64,000 nt of DNA from Anaerolineae bacterium (GCA_040766655.1 JAXGQB010000014.1:10955-74954); one strand, 5' to 3'; positions 39,573 through 54,263 are shown, numbered from the stretch's first letter. The notes: generated by a model not told the origin, from the letters alone. Numbers and translations are program-made.

Positions 39573-40379
39573 TCAGACTGAGACCGGCGCCTTGATGTGG
39601 GGGTGTGGATCGTAGCCCACCAGCTCGAAGTCCTCGAACGTGAAACGGGTGATGTCGCGCACTTCCGGATTGATGCGCATCTGGGGCAGCGGACGGGGCT
39701 CCCTGGTCAGCTGCAGGCGGGCCTGCTCGAAGTGATTGCGGTACAGGTGCGCATCGCCACTCGTGTGGATGAATTCTCCCGGTTCCAGGTCGCAGACCTG
39801 GGCCACCATCAGGGTCAGCAGCGCGTACGACGCGATGTTGAAGGGCAGACCTAAGAACACATCGACCGACCGCTGATAGAGCTGGCACGACAGCCGGCCC
39901 CGCGCGACGTAGAACTGAAACAAAACATGGCAGGGCGGCAACGCCATCCGCTCGATCTCACCCACATTCCACGCGCTGATGATCAGCCGGCGCGAGTCCG
40001 GATTCTTGCGCAGTTGGTCGATCACCTCGCTCAGTTGGTCCACCTGCCGTCCATCCGCGCCCGCCCACGAGCGCCACTGCCGGCCGTACACGGGCCCTAA
40101 CTCGCCATCAGTGCCGGCCCACTCATCCCAGATGCGCACGCCATGCTCCTGCAGCCAGCGCACGTTGGTGTCTCCGTTGATGAACCAGAGCAGCTCGTAG
40201 ATGATGGAACGGGTATGCAGCTTCTTCGTGGTCAGCAGAGGGAAACCCGACGCAAGATCGAAGCGCATCTGATGGCCGAAGACCGACCGCGTGCCCGTGC
40301 CCGTGCGGTCGCTTTTGTCCGCCCCATCTTCGAGTATCCGGCGCATCAGTGCCAGGTAAGCCTGCATCTTTTTCTCCAC
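39573..40379 (-). CDS. thyA: Thymidylate synthase
   Basis: [45 protein letters not shown]. Confidence 0.98.
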   Translation of the reverse strand: MEKKMQAYLALMRRILEDGADKSDRTGTGTRSVFGHQMRFDLASGFPLLTTKKLHTRSIIYELLWFINGDTNVRWLQEHGVRIWDEWAGTDGELGPVYGRQWRSWAGADGRQVDQLSEVIDQLRKNPDSRRLIISAWNVGEIERMALPPCHVLFQFYVARGRLSCQLYQRSVDVFLGLPFNIASYALLTLMVAQVCDLEPGEFIHTSGDAHLYRNHFEQARLQLTREPRPLPQMRINPEVRDITRFTFEDFELVGYDPHPHIKAPVSV

Positions 40380-40444
40380 GCGTTCGAACGGGGGCGCAGC
40401 GCAGCGCCCCCATCCAACACCGCTATCTCAACTGGCCGAAGCGC

Positions 40445-41089
40445 CTATTGGCCCCTGAAGTCCACCACCTGGACATCCAGGCCGGCGAGCGCGTCCTTCA
40501 CGACGTCAGCGTCCATATCACTGAGCTTGACCATGATGAAGCGCTCGCCGGGCTGCTTGCCGCTGTACGCGACGAGGGCCAGGATATTAGCACCATGTTT
40601 GGCCAACACGTCAGTGATCCCCGCCAGGACACCCTTGGCATCCTTTACGCCCAGGGTGATCCGGAGCCCAGCGGTGCGCGCGCCAAGAACCTCCGTCAGG
40701 ACCTTGAAAACGTCCGTCTCGGTGATGATTCCCACCAGTTGATCGCCCTCAAGCACGGGCAACCCGCCGATCTTATTGTCCGCCATGACGCGCGCGGCCT
40801 CCTCGAGCGGCGTATCGGGCCCGACCGAGATGACGGGGCTGGACATGACCTTGTTGATGGTCAGCTTGGCGAGCAGGTAGTGCAGCTCGTGAACGCTCAG
40901 GGAAGTGGCCGGCGATGGCGCAGCGTGCAGCAGATCCTTGTCGGAGACAATTCCGACCATTTTGCCGGCCGCGTCGAGCACGGGCAGGCGGCGAACCTTT
41001 CGTTCGCGCATCAGATGCAAGCCATCGTCGATGCTTGCCGTCTCGAGGATGGTTACAGGGTTGCGAGTCATCCGTTCACCGACGAACAT
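40445..41089 (-). CDS. CBS-pair + ACT domain protein (AcuB-like)
   Basis: Two CBS domains (RRLPV...GIVSDKD; GGLPV...GIITETD) plus ACT (D..GVLA.I); AAGGAGG SD. Confidence 0.88.
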   Translation of the reverse strand: MFVGERMTRNPVTILETASIDDGLHLMRERKVRRLPVLDAAGKMVGIVSDKDLLHAAPSPATSLSVHELHYLLAKLTINKVMSSPVISVGPDTPLEEAARVMADNKIGGLPVLEGDQLVGIITETDVFKVLTEVLGARTAGLRITLGVKDAKGVLAGITDVLAKHGANILALVAYSGKQPGERFIMVKLSDMDADVVKDALAGLDVQVVDFRGQ

Positions 41090-41130
41090 GGGATATGCCT
41101 CCTTAAAGACGAAAATGGCGATCGTGCGCG

Positions 41131-42156
41131 TCACGCACGCGATGAATTGCGAGCTGTGTTACGCCGCCGCGGGCGCTTCTTCTTAGGCATGGGATAACCC
41201 AGCCGCCGCAGTTCCTCTTCATCGGTGCGCCACTTCGGACGCACCTTGACCCAGAGTTCCAGAAAGACGCGCGTCTCGAGCAGTTCTTCGATCTGGTGTC
41301 GTGCGGCCTGCCCGATCTTCTTGATCATCGCGCCGTCTTTGCCCAGGATGATCATCTTCTGCGTGGGCCGCTCGACATAGACAACCGCCGAGATGTACGT
41401 CATGCCGTTCGCGCGCTCCGAGAATTCATCGACCAGCACTGCGACGGCGTGCGGCACCTCGTCCCGCAGATGCAGCAGCACCTGCTCGCGTACGAGCTCG
41501 CCGGCCATGAATCGGACCTGTTGATCGGTGACCTGGTCCTGAGGAAAGAGCGGCGGGCTGAGCGGCATCAGCGACGATAAGCGATCGGCCAGCTCGGGCA
41601 GCCCATCTCCTCGTACCGCCGAGATGAGGGCGACCTCTCCATGCGGCGCCAATGCCGAGTATTCCTGCCGCCGCCTGTCTGCCGTATCCGAACCTTCTGA
41701 CAGCCGGTCGAGCTTGTTGAGCGCGATGATGAGCGGCGGCCGGGTACGCGCCTGGGCGATGATGCCGGCGACCTTCCTATCCTCGTCATTCGGCGCGCCC
41801 GTCGCGTCGACCACCCACAGCAACGCATCGGCATCGGGCAGCGTTGCCGCGGCAGTCTCAACCATGACCTCCCCCAGCTTATGCAGCGGCAGGTGGATGC
41901 CCGGTGTGTCCAGGAAGATGAGCTGAGCATCCTCCCGCGTCAGGATGCCGAGCAACCTGTTCCGGGTCGTTTGCGGCTTGGGCGACACGATGCTGATCTT
42001 CTGGCCCAGCAGCGCATTGATGAGCGTCGATTTGCCCACGTTCGGCCTGCCGACGACCGCGACAAAGCCAGCTCGATAGTCCGCCCGATGCTCTGATTCA
42101 CCGATAGCATCGTGGACATCGAACTCGTTCATTTCGGCTGGTTCGGGCTCATTCAT
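41131..42156 (-). CDS. era: GTPase Era
   Basis: GRPNVGKST, KPQTTR, DTPG, NKLD, KH domain LELWVKV; ATG overlaps the upstream stop (ATGA). Confidence 0.97.
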   Translation of the reverse strand: MNEPEPAEMNEFDVHDAIGESEHRADYRAGFVAVVGRPNVGKSTLINALLGQKISIVSPKPQTTRNRLLGILTREDAQLIFLDTPGIHLPLHKLGEVMVETAAATLPDADALLWVVDATGAPNDEDRKVAGIIAQARTRPPLIIALNKLDRLSEGSDTADRRRQEYSALAPHGEVALISAVRGDGLPELADRLSSLMPLSPPLFPQDQVTDQQVRFMAGELVREQVLLHLRDEVPHAVAVLVDEFSERANGMTYISAVVYVERPTQKMIILGKDGAMIKKIGQAARHQIEELLETRVFLELWVKVRPKWRTDEEELRRLGYPMPKKKRPRRRNTARNSSRA

Positions 42157-42863
42157 GCGCCCAACCTGAAGGGGCTGAAATTGGTTCCCACGTCGTAGAA
42201 ATCGACCGCCTCCCTGCGCTTCAGTGCATCCACTACCCGATAGGTCACCGGTGTAAACAAGGCCTCGATCGCGACCTTGAAGATGTAGTTGGCCACGATG
42301 ATGGTCAATACCGACACCCATGGAAAGACACCGAACGCTGCTGCAATCAGCACGAACAAGATCGTATCGATCCCCTGACCCACGAGCGTCGAGCCGATCG
42401 TTCTGAGCCACAGGAACCTGCCGCGCGTGGCAATCTTCAACTGAGCCAGGATGAACGAATTGCTGAATTCTCCGGCAAGGTAAGCGACCAGGCTCGCCAC
42501 GATGATGCCGCCATGGCTGACCCCTCCGAGAATCGCCTCGTAGGCCCCCGACCCGGCAGATGACTGCCAGATTGCCTCTCCCGGCAGCCGGCCGATGATC
42601 CAAAACGTGCCGCCCATCAGGGCAGCCATCGCAAAGCCGACCCAGATCACGCGCCGGCCATAGGCGTAGCCATAGACCTCGGTGAGAACATCGCCGAAGA
42701 TGTAGCTGATCGGAAACAGCAGGGTGCCGGCATCAAACGCCAGACGTAACCCGGCAACCTCCACGCCCCAGTCAATGATCTTCGCCGATGAAGCGATGTT
42801 GCTGATCAACAGCACTGCGACGAAGCAGGCCATGATCACGTCGTAGTAGCGGTAACTGCGCAC
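42153..42863 (-). CDS. Queuosine precursor transporter (YhhQ/VUT family)
   Basis: SNIASSAK, FP.SYIFGDVLTEVYG, LWLRTIGSTLVGQ.IDT, TPVTY. Confidence 0.9.
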   Translation of the reverse strand: MRSYRYYDVIMACFVAVLLISNIASSAKIIDWGVEVAGLRLAFDAGTLLFPISYIFGDVLTEVYGYAYGRRVIWVGFAMAALMGGTFWIIGRLPGEAIWQSSAGSGAYEAILGGVSHGGIIVASLVAYLAGEFSNSFILAQLKIATRGRFLWLRTIGSTLVGQGIDTILFVLIAAAFGVFPWVSVLTIIVANYIFKVAIEALFTPVTYRVVDALKRREAVDFYDVGTNFSPFRLGA

Positions 42864-42895
42864 GAACCCTCAGAACCTACACCAGGCTGCGCCCG

Positions 42896-42912
42896 CTCGA
42901 ATCACATTCGAG
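42896..42912. terminator. Short perfect hairpin between pckG and the Q-precursor transporter gene
   Basis: ctcgaat-cac-attcgag; no U tract. Confidence 0.35.
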
Positions 42913-42913
42913 A

Positions 42914-44722
42914 TCAGGCGCTGCCATCCTCGCCGTGACCGAGCCGCTGCACGAGCTTAACCAACTGCTCGGCCATGCGATCGGGCAGCCGGTCGCCGAA
43001 CTGGGCGAAGTGCCGTTCGAGGTCAGACACCTCCGCACGCCAGGCCGGCAGGTCCACCCGCAAGAGCTGCTCCAACTGTTCGCCCGAGATGCTCAGCCCC
43101 GTGAGGTCCAGGTCATCCTCATACGGCAGCCGGCCGATGGCCGTCTCGCGCGCGTCGACCTTGCCCTCGAGGCGGTCGCACATCCACTTGAGCACGCGAC
43201 TGTTGTCGCCGTAGCCCGGCCACAGCCACTTACCTTCGGGCGACTTGCGGAACCAGTTCACGTAGAAGATGCGCGGCGCCTTGTCGCCCAGCCGGTCGCC
43301 CATCGTCAGCCAGTGCCCGAAGTAGTCGCCCATGTTGTAGCCGCAGAAGGGCGTCATCGCGAACGGGTCCCGGCGCAGGTTGCCCACCGCACCGATGTTT
43401 GCCGCAGTCGTCTCCGACGAGGCCGTCGCGCCCAGGAAAACCCCGTGATCCCAATCGTAGGCCTCCGTCACGAGGGGCACGACCCCTGCGCGGCGGCCAC
43501 CGAACAGGAAGATGTCGATCGGAACGCCCTGCGGGCTCTCCCAGTCCGCGCTGATGGACGGGCACTGCCTCGCCGGCACGGTGAAGCGCGCGTTCGGATG
43601 CGCGGCCGGCTCGCCCGAGCCTGGCGTCCACTCCCGGCCCTTCCAATCGATCGCATGCTCGGGCGCGGGAACCCCCATGCCCTCCCACCAGACGTCCCCC
43701 TCGTCGGTCAATGCGCAGTTGGTAAAGATCACGTTCTCACGCACCGTGTCCATCGCCACCGGGTTAGTCTGATAGGATGTTCCGGGCGCCACGCCGAAGA
43801 AGCCCGCCTCCGGGTTGATGGCGTAGAGCCGGCCATCCGGCCCGATCTTCATCCACGCAATGTCATCCCCGATCGTCTCCGCGCGCCAGCCGGGCAAGGT
43901 CGGCTGGATCATGGCCAGGTTCGTCTTGCCGCACGCAGAGGGGAACGCGGCCGCGATGTGATACTGCCTGCCCTCGGGGCTGATCAGGCGCAGGATGAGC
44001 ATGTGCTCGGCCATCCACCCCTCCCGGTGCGCCATCGCCGACGCGATGCGCAGCGCGAGGCATTTCTTGCCCAGCAACGCGTTCCCGCCGTAGCCCGAGC
44101 CATACGACCAGATCAGGTCCTCTTCCGGGAAGTGGCTGATGTACTTCTGCGCCATCGGCGCACACGGCCACGGCACATCCTCCTCCCCCGGATCGAGCGG
44201 CGCGCCGATCGAGTGCAGGCACGGAATGAACTGGCCGTGCGGGCCGAGCGCCTCGCAGGCCGCCACCCCGACACGCGTCATGATGTGCATGTTGCAGACG
44301 ACGTAGGGGCTATCGGTGATCTCAACTCCGATCTTGGCCATCGGGGATGTCACGGGGCCCATCGAGAACGGAATGACGTACAGGGTGCGCCCACGCATGC
44401 ACCCGTCGTACAGGCCGAGCATCGTCTGCTTGAGCTCATCTGGAGCGATCCAGTTGTTCGTGGGTCCGGCGTCGTCCTTCGACGTCGTGCTGATGTACGT
44501 CCGCGCCTCGACCCGAGCGACGTCCGATGGGTCGGAGCGAAACAGGACGCTGTCAGGACGCGCTTGGACGACCTCAGTCTGGCCCGAGGCCACCATCTCC
44601 GCCATCAACCGATCGTACTCCGCCTGCGTGCCGTCGCACCAGTACACTGCCTTCGGCTGGCACAAGGTGGCCACATCCGCGACCCAGGCCTTGAGCCTCT
44701 CGTTATGAACTTCGTAGCCCAC
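42914..44722 (-). CDS. pckG: Phosphoenolpyruvate carboxykinase (GTP)
   Basis: [54 protein letters not shown]. Confidence 0.98.
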   Translation of the reverse strand: MGYEVHNERLKAWVADVATLCQPKAVYWCDGTQAEYDRLMAEMVASGQTEVVQARPDSVLFRSDPSDVARVEARTYISTTSKDDAGPTNNWIAPDELKQTMLGLYDGCMRGRTLYVIPFSMGPVTSPMAKIGVEITDSPYVVCNMHIMTRVGVAACEALGPHGQFIPCLHSIGAPLDPGEEDVPWPCAPMAQKYISHFPEEDLIWSYGSGYGGNALLGKKCLALRIASAMAHREGWMAEHMLILRLISPEGRQYHIAAAFPSACGKTNLAMIQPTLPGWRAETIGDDIAWMKIGPDGRLYAINPEAGFFGVAPGTSYQTNPVAMDTVRENVIFTNCALTDEGDVWWEGMGVPAPEHAIDWKGREWTPGSGEPAAHPNARFTVPARQCPSISADWESPQGVPIDIFLFGGRRAGVVPLVTEAYDWDHGVFLGATASSETTAANIGAVGNLRRDPFAMTPFCGYNMGDYFGHWLTMGDRLGDKAPRIFYVNWFRKSPEGKWLWPGYGDNSRVLKWMCDRLEGKVDARETAIGRLPYEDDLDLTGLSISGEQLEQLLRVDLPAWRAEVSDLERHFAQFGDRLPDRMAEQLVKLVQRLGHGEDGSA

Positions 44723-44828
44723 TTGGACCCAACCTTCTCTCCGGTCATCCCGAAGCCATCAGTGATCGGGAGGCGGGGCGCCCATGCTCCGAGGGCAACC
44801 ACGCCTCATCAATTCGTTGTTGGGAGCT

Positions 44829-45773
44829 CTACGACTGCTGGGATGACGGACGCGTCGCCAGTGTCGCCATGGTGCTGCGGATCAAGCCAGCGGACTTGTC
44901 CAACATCGCCCGCTCTTCGTCGTCAAGCTCCACTTCCACGATCCGCTCGATGCCGTTCTGGCCCAGCACGACAGGCACGCCGAAGCAGATATCGTCGAGC
45001 CCATATTCGCCCTGCAGGTAGACCGACGCGGGATAGATCTGGTGCTCGTTGCGCATGATCGCCTGCGCCATCTTGCAGGCAGCCGCTCCGGGGGCGTAGT
45101 AGGCGCTGCCGGTCTTCAGGTAACGCACGATCTCGGCCCCGCCATCCCGTGTGCGCGCCACGATGTGGTCGATCTGTGTTGGGCTGAGGAAGTACGACAG
45201 CGGCAGGCCCGCGATCGTCGAGTAGCGCACGAGCGGGACCATCTCATCGCCGTGCCCACCCAGGACCGTGGTGTGGATGCTCTCCGGACTGATGCCGGTC
45301 TCCATCGCGATGAAGGTTCGCATCCGGCCCCCATCCAGGACGCCGGCCTGGCCGATCACGCGCTCCCGAGGAAAACCGCTCACCTGGTAGGCGAGGTAGG
45401 TCATGGTGTCGAGCGGATTCGTCATCATCAACAGGATCGCTTTCGGGGAGCGTTCGACCACCTTCTGCACGACGTCGGTCACGATACCGGCGTTGATGTG
45501 CACCAGGTCTTCGCGCGTCATGCCCGGTTTGCGTGCGACGCCAGCAGTAACGATGACGATGTCGGAATCCCGCGTATCGTCGTAATCAGTGGTCCCAACG
45601 GCGTCGATCGAGTGTCCCGCGATGGGGCCTGACTGGATCAGGTCCAGCACCTTGCCCCTGGCCAGTCCGTCCACAACGTCCAACAGGACAGTCTGGCATC
45701 CGCCCGAAATCATGCCCCAGTGCGCGATCGTACTGCCCACGAAGCCGGCGCCGATAATGCTGACTTTGCTCAT
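44829..45773 (-). CDS. mdh: Malate dehydrogenase (LDH-like)
   Basis: IIGAGFVG, TAGVARKPGMTREDL (Arg specificity loop), TNPLD, LGGHGD, GSAYYAP; AGGAGG SD. Confidence 0.93.
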   Translation of the reverse strand: MSKVSIIGAGFVGSTIAHWGMISGGCQTVLLDVVDGLARGKVLDLIQSGPIAGHSIDAVGTTDYDDTRDSDIVIVTAGVARKPGMTREDLVHINAGIVTDVVQKVVERSPKAILLMMTNPLDTMTYLAYQVSGFPRERVIGQAGVLDGGRMRTFIAMETGISPESIHTTVLGGHGDEMVPLVRYSTIAGLPLSYFLSPTQIDHIVARTRDGGAEIVRYLKTGSAYYAPGAAACKMAQAIMRNEHQIYPASVYLQGEYGLDDICFGVPVVLGQNGIERIVEVELDDEERAMLDKSAGLIRSTMATLATRPSSQQS

Positions 45774-45863
45774 GTAGTGCCTCCTGACGTCGAAGATGCG
45801 GAGCCATTCGGAAACCACGCTCAACGTGGAACCAGTTGAGCGACACGATTCGAATAAGCCTGG

Positions 45864-46796
45864 CTACACGGATGCAGCAGGCGCAGGCACAGGCTGGCCC
45901 GCTGGGACGACCAACGGCTCGATGCCATCTGCAGCGAGCACCGGCTTAAGCGCAGCAATCGCGCACTCGAGCATCGACTCGTCAGGCTCACGCGTGGTCA
46001 GGCGCTGCAGCAGCAGGCCCGGCACGATCATCGCGCGCACCCATGCCCAGTGCTGATGGCTTGCGGTGAAGCGCAGCAATTCATAAGCGATGGCCGCCAC
46101 AACCGGCACGAGAAGCAGGCGGGACGCCAGTCGCAGGAGCAGGTTATCGAAGTGGAAAGGCGCGAACACCAGGATGGAGATCAGCATGACCGACAGCAGA
46201 AAGCTGGTGCCGCAGCGCGTGTGCGCGGTGGTGAACCTGGATACTGACTCCGGCGTCAGGGGCACGCCCGCCTCGTACGCGTTGATCGTCTTGTGCTCCG
46301 CGCCGTGATAGGCAAACACGCGGCGGATATCGGGCATGAAGCCGATGGCCCACAGGTAGAGCAGGAAGAGCCCCAACCTGATCACGCCCTCCACGACGCT
46401 GGTGAGAAGCGCGCCGCCGGCGTCAGGGGTGAGCCACTTTCCCGCGGCTGTCGGAAGAAGAAAGAACAGAGCGATCGAAAAGGCCAGGGACACCGCGATC
46501 GTCGTCCAGGCAACCGGGCCGGTGAACTGGACATCCTCCTGGCCCTCTTCCTTCATGGCCACGTCTGCAGACCACAGCAGAGAACGCATTCCCAATCCGA
46601 GTGCATCCCACAGCATGCCCAGGCCGCGAAAGAAGGGCCACTGTCCCCAGCGCTTCGTGTAGATCGCCGCAGTCAGTGGTTCCTCGTGAACCACGATCTG
46701 GCCGTCTGGTGCGCGCACCGCCACAGCCATCTGCTTGCGACCGCGCATCATGACGCCCTCGATGACGGCCTGACCACCGTAATTAAACTTTGCCAC
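45864..46796 (-). CDS. DUF1385 (YqhQ-like) membrane protein
   Basis: [43 protein letters not shown]. Confidence 0.9.
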   Translation of the reverse strand: MAKFNYGGQAVIEGVMMRGRKQMAVAVRAPDGQIVVHEEPLTAAIYTKRWGQWPFFRGLGMLWDALGLGMRSLLWSADVAMKEEGQEDVQFTGPVAWTTIAVSLAFSIALFFLLPTAAGKWLTPDAGGALLTSVVEGVIRLGLFLLYLWAIGFMPDIRRVFAYHGAEHKTINAYEAGVPLTPESVSRFTTAHTRCGTSFLLSVMLISILVFAPFHFDNLLLRLASRLLLVPVVAAIAYELLRFTASHQHWAWVRAMIVPGLLLQRLTTREPDESMLECAIAALKPVLAADGIEPLVVPAGQPVPAPAASV

Positions 46797-46860
46797 GTGT
46801 CCCCATCCTTATGACAGATGCGCACCGATCCCGGAGAGGCAACCTGCGCGCCGCCGTCGT

Positions 46861-46889
46861 ATTCTAACCGACGCCCCCATGAGTGTCAA
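46861..46889 (-). promoter_or_regulatory. Promoter of DUF1385-mdh
   Basis: TTGACA-17-TAGAAT on the minus strand. Confidence 0.75.
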
Positions 46890-47077
46890 AGCTTGTCCGG
46901 ACTTTGCCCGTTCCGGCGCCCTTTTCAGGACGCCAGCGGACCCGCGCAGCCGGGCGTGAATCCCGAACGCACCGCTCGACGATGATGGTATCATTACTTG
47001 ATGTGCAGAGAAGCGACCGGGCTTCCAGACTGGGGATCACGCGTGGCCTGTGCTACACTTCCAGCAGGGAGGTGAGC

Positions 47078-47857
47078 ATGAACATTGGTGAGCAGATGGA
47101 CCGGATCGCGCGCTTCTTCGATCGGGAGTACGCTGGCTACGTCGACGACCGGATGGCCCTCAGTGCGCTGGCGGATCGCATGGGCGACCCCATCCTGGAG
47201 TTGGGCTGCGGCACGGGCCGGGCGCTCATCCCGCTGGCCAGCGAAGGTCACCAGGTCACGGGCATCGATGCCAGCCCCGCGATGCTGGCCCTCGCTCGGA
47301 CCCGGGCAGAACAGGCCGGTGTTGCCTCCCGAATGAACTTGATCGAGGGCGACTTCTCGACGGCGGACCTGGGAGGACCCTATCGCTTCGCGTTCACGCT
47401 CATGAACACCTTCCTGCACCTGGAGGATCTGGACGCCCAGGTCGCCGCCCTGAAGCACTGGCGCCAGGCCCTGGCGCCGCGTGGCCTGATACTGATCGAC
47501 ATCTTCAACCCTGACGTGGGACAGCTCGCTTCTCTGGACGGCAGGATGGAGTGGGAACAGACGTGGACCGAGCACCCCGGCAAAACAGCGACGATGAAGT
47601 TCCTGGCGCGCATCGTAGATCCGGCGGCACAGTTGATGGCCGTGAATCACATCTACGATGAAATCGCCCCTGACGGGACCCTGCGGCGCACGGTTGCCGC
47701 TTTCAACCTTCGCTATATCTGGCGATTCGAGGCAGAGCTCCTGCTCGACAAGGCAGGTTTCGCCCTTGAGGAGATCTACGGTGACTGGGACCTGTCGCCG
47801 TTCAGCAGCGATAGCGAGCGGATGATCTTGCTGGCTCGCAGAGCCGGCCGCAAATGA
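47078..47857 (+). CDS. Class I SAM-dependent methyltransferase
   Basis: ILELGCGTGR, GIDAS..ML, LAPRGLILID; GGGAGG SD. Confidence 0.88.
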   Translation: MNIGEQMDRIARFFDREYAGYVDDRMALSALADRMGDPILELGCGTGRALIPLASEGHQVTGIDASPAMLALARTRAEQAGVASRMNLIEGDFSTADLGGPYRFAFTLMNTFLHLEDLDAQVAALKHWRQALAPRGLILIDIFNPDVGQLASLDGRMEWEQTWTEHPGKTATMKFLARIVDPAAQLMAVNHIYDEIAPDGTLRRTVAAFNLRYIWRFEAELLLDKAGFALEEIYGDWDLSPFSSDSERMILLARRAGRK

Positions 47858-47858
47858 G

Positions 47859-47895
47859 GCCGGGGATGCCGCTTCGCTCGAACGGCATCCCCGGC
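47859..47895. terminator. Bidirectional hairpin between convergent genes
   Basis: Perfect 13-bp stem gccggggatgccg/cggcatccccggc. Confidence 0.7.
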
Positions 47896-47911
47896 GCGAT
47901 CGATCGGGAGG

Positions 47912-49144
47912 CTATGACCCCGGCGTGGGCAGTGGAGACACCGGCTCCGTTGCGGCGGGGGTTGGCGTCACGGGCGGCGGGCACTGCGCGTTGGAGCCGA
48001 TCGTCCCCTGCTCGGAGATGGACTTACTGCTGAACAACCCATCGAGTTCCTGCTTCACGACCTGCGGATTGCCGATCTTCAGCACCTGGGCTCCGCCTAC
48101 GTTCGCGTAGACGATCGCCTGGTTGCTGAACGTGTGGCCATGAATCTGGTCCGAGCTGAGCCCGATGCCGACGCGTGCGAGCCTGATGACGTCCAGCAGG
48201 CCGAGGTCTGTCTGGAATGTGTGTGAGAGCGCACGCCAGATCTGGGGCAGCTTCGTGATCGCGTCGACTTGCAACGCACGCTCCTTGATCGCCCAGATCA
48301 GCTGCTGCTGCCGCTGGCCCCGATAGAAATCGTTCGAGTTGTAGCGGAACGTGGCGAACTTCTTAGCAGCCTCTCCATCCAGCAGGTTCTTGCCGGCCGG
48401 CAGATCGAACTTCTCCCACTCGCCGGGCTTCGTCGGATGCGGCGTAATCTCGTGCAGGGGGCAGTTGAGCGTTACCTCGACGCCTCCCAGCGCGTCGACC
48501 AGCTCCACCAGGCCCTCCTGCTTGATGCGAACCCAGTGATGCAGCGGAACATCGAAGGTGTCTTCGATGATTTCGCCCACCAGCGCTGGTCCGCCGCCAG
48601 GGTACTTCTGCGTCTCACCCTGGAAGTCGGCCTGGTTGATGCGCCCCATTCCGTAGCCGGGAATCTCGACCCACAGATCGCGGGGGATCGAGAAGATCCC
48701 CACCTGCTTTGCCTCGTGATCGACGGCAACGACCATGATCGTGTCGGTGCGCCAGGCGCGATCGCCGGGTCGGGGGTCGATTCCGAGGACCAGGTAATTG
48801 TCCGTTTCCCTCAAGGTCTTGGGGCCAGGCGTCGGCGATGGCGTCGGCGTCTCTGTCGGCTCGGGCGTCTCAGTCGGCGGCGCCGGCGTAGCCGTGGGGG
48901 ACGGGTCGGTCGGCGTGGCGGTCGGCCCGACCGTCGGCGTCGCAGAGGCCACGACCTCCGCGGTCGACGCGGACTCGACGGCAACTGAAGCTGCCGGCAC
49001 AGCTGTCGCGCTGGCTGCAGGACTCATCTGAGGGGCCGTTGCCTGGCAACCTGCAGTGATTAGGAGCAAGGACAGTACGAGCGCCAGCACCGCGTGCTGA
49101 GCGCGGCTTCTGCCAGCAAGATGGCGGATAATCACGAGGATCAA
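47912..49144 (-). CDS. LCP (LytR-CpsA-Psr) family lipoprotein
   Basis: Lipobox TAGC, PT linker, LVLGID, RTDTIM, SIPRDLWV, LVDALGGV, DFYRGQRQQ. Confidence 0.92.
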   Translation of the reverse strand: MILVIIRHLAGRSRAQHAVLALVLSLLLITAGCQATAPQMSPAASATAVPAASVAVESASTAEVVASATPTVGPTATPTDPSPTATPAPPTETPEPTETPTPSPTPGPKTLRETDNYLVLGIDPRPGDRAWRTDTIMVVAVDHEAKQVGIFSIPRDLWVEIPGYGMGRINQADFQGETQKYPGGGPALVGEIIEDTFDVPLHHWVRIKQEGLVELVDALGGVEVTLNCPLHEITPHPTKPGEWEKFDLPAGKNLLDGEAAKKFATFRYNSNDFYRGQRQQQLIWAIKERALQVDAITKLPQIWRALSHTFQTDLGLLDVIRLARVGIGLSSDQIHGHTFSNQAIVYANVGGAQVLKIGNPQVVKQELDGLFSSKSISEQGTIGSNAQCPPPVTPTPAATEPVSPLPTPGS

Positions 49145-49641
49145 CCTACCTTGTAACCGATTCGCCGCAAGAAATCCTTGCGCCAGGCCACGCCGCTCGC
49201 ATCCTCGATGCCTCGAGTGTGAAAGCCGTCGATGACGCCGAGGATCCCGCGCCCCTGTTCGGTCTCGGCGAGCACGACCTGCACCGGGTTCGCCGTGGCA
49301 CAGTAGATATTCGCGACCTCGGGCACCAGCTTCAAGGCGTTCAGGATGTTGATCGGGAATGCATCGCGGAGGAAGAGGATGAAGCTGTGGCCGGCGCCAA
49401 TGGCCAGCGCATTGCGTTCAGCCAGGGACCGCAGATCGTCATCCGTGCCGGTGGATCGGACGAGCGCGTCGCCGGAAGACTCACAGAAGGCAAGGCCGAA
49501 CTTGATGCCGGGGACAGCAGTCACGGCCGCCTCGTGAATGTCCTCGACGGTCTTGATGAAATGGCTCTGCCCCAAAATGAGGTTCAGGCCGTCCGGATTC
49601 TCGATCGCCACGATCTTGAGAGTGAGCTGAACATCGGACAT
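49141..49641 (-). CDS. Adenosine-specific kinase family protein
   Basis: NLILGQSHFIKTVED, FGLAFCESSG, GAGHSF, CATANP, GRGILGVIDG, RIGYK. Confidence 0.85.
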   Translation of the reverse strand: MSDVQLTLKIVAIENPDGLNLILGQSHFIKTVEDIHEAAVTAVPGIKFGLAFCESSGDALVRSTGTDDDLRSLAERNALAIGAGHSFILFLRDAFPINILNALKLVPEVANIYCATANPVQVVLAETEQGRGILGVIDGFHTRGIEDASGVAWRKDFLRRIGYKVG

Positions 49642-49805
49642 GATGTAACCTCCGTAACGCCAGCGCGTCGACGAACTGGCGATGACACAGTACGCGCGCC
49701 CAACTTGCGTCCTGAAATGAGACGCCTGCACCCTGAGACAGGACGCCCTAGGCCGGTTCGCGGTTCCACGGGGTGGTCACCCCCCGTCGCCGTCAACGGC
49801 GATCG

Positions 49806-51183
49806 CTAGACCATCAACATCGCCTGGCTGCGGATGTCACGCAGGCGCTTGACCATCTCAGCAGCTTCGTCGCCCTCACGCGCCGCCAGGTCGTCGGCCA
49901 TCTGACCAAGATACTCGATGAACTCCGGACCTAGCTCCTCGCGGTGGTTCTGCAGGAAGGTGCGCGTGCCGTCGGGGTACGGCTCCATCAACAGCTCGTT
50001 GATGAATTGCACCTCGGGAGGCGCACTGTCTTGGATCAACTGCATGATCTCGTCGTAGATCGTCGCCAGCCGCTGGAACAGCGGTTGGTCGTCCTTCTGC
50101 TGGGCCGCCTCCAGGTTTCGCGTGAGCACGTTCATGAACATATCATCCAGTTCCTCAACATGTTCATGCACCGCCGTGCGCGGGTTCGGAGAATTGACCA
50201 TCTCATGCAGCAGCGTGACCCGCATCGTGAGTTCTTCTCGCGCCGCATCATCCAGTTGCTGCGTCAGTTCGAGCAGCTTGTCGCGCACGCGCGCCAGGCG
50301 AGCCTTTTCCGTACCCTCGGCTGCATCAACGCGCTCGGTCAGGCTCTGGAAGAACTCGTAGTTCAGGTTTGGACGCAAGGCGAGCGCGATCGCGCCCAGG
50401 ACATCCTCATCCGCCGCCGCCACCCTGTCCACGAGTTCCTCGGCGGTCGTGGCATCCTGGAGCGCCTCGATCGCCGCCCGCTGTTTCTGTGCCTTCTTGC
50501 CCCATGTCGTCATGGGCAGAAGGTTCTCCCGCAGCATCTCGAACCGTCCCGCACCCTTCTCGTCGCCGACGGCTTGCGCCTGCTCGAGCATGGCCGACAG
50601 GATCGAGAAGAACTCCCCGTCGATCTGCGCGTCGTTGCTCTTCACCATCATCTGAAGGCCCTTCGGATCGTCGGCGAAGACGACCAGTTGCTCCACCAGC
50701 TTGGCCTTGCGGCGCTGTCGATCCAGCTCCTCCTGGCTGATCCCCATCGTGCCGTACACGGCATCGTTCAGGCTCTGCCGGCTGGCGAACTGCCTGGGGC
50801 TGAAGAAGTACCCCTTGCGCTGCTCAGTAGGCAGCGATTGCATCATCGCCTGCGTGAGCTCGCCGATCATCAGCTGCTTCTCCCGCTCGGGAATGTTCAG
50901 CTGCTGGGGGAAGTAGATCCCCAGGAACTCTGCCTTAGGATCGTGGTACACCAGCGGAACTTCGAGCATCACGGCGGCCTGGCACTGCGGGCAGACCGCT
51001 ACGTTCAACTGGTTCGCCAGGAACAGGCTCCGCAACTGCGGGGCAAGGCCGACATCAACGATCGAGATGATGGGCGTCTGATAGTTGTGTCCGCACTGGG
51101 GACACTGAATCGGTACCTGATTCTCTTTGGTCGGCGTCGTGGGTTCGAACATTCTGGAAGGTCGATCCTTTCGATTGTGACGT

Positions 51184-51197
<14 letters not shown>
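49806..51197 (-). CDS. CpXC-domain protein (two CPQC motifs, long helical C-terminus)
   Basis: IQCPQCG...AVCPQC...PLVYHDP; start is either GTG 51197 (inside the repeat) or ATG 51152. Confidence 0.8.

Positions 51198-54263
<3,066 letters not shown>

Noticed and set aside
42864-42913. preQ1 riboswitch upstream of the Q-precursor transporter
   Set aside because: No GUUC loop or A-rich tail; only a short simple hairpin
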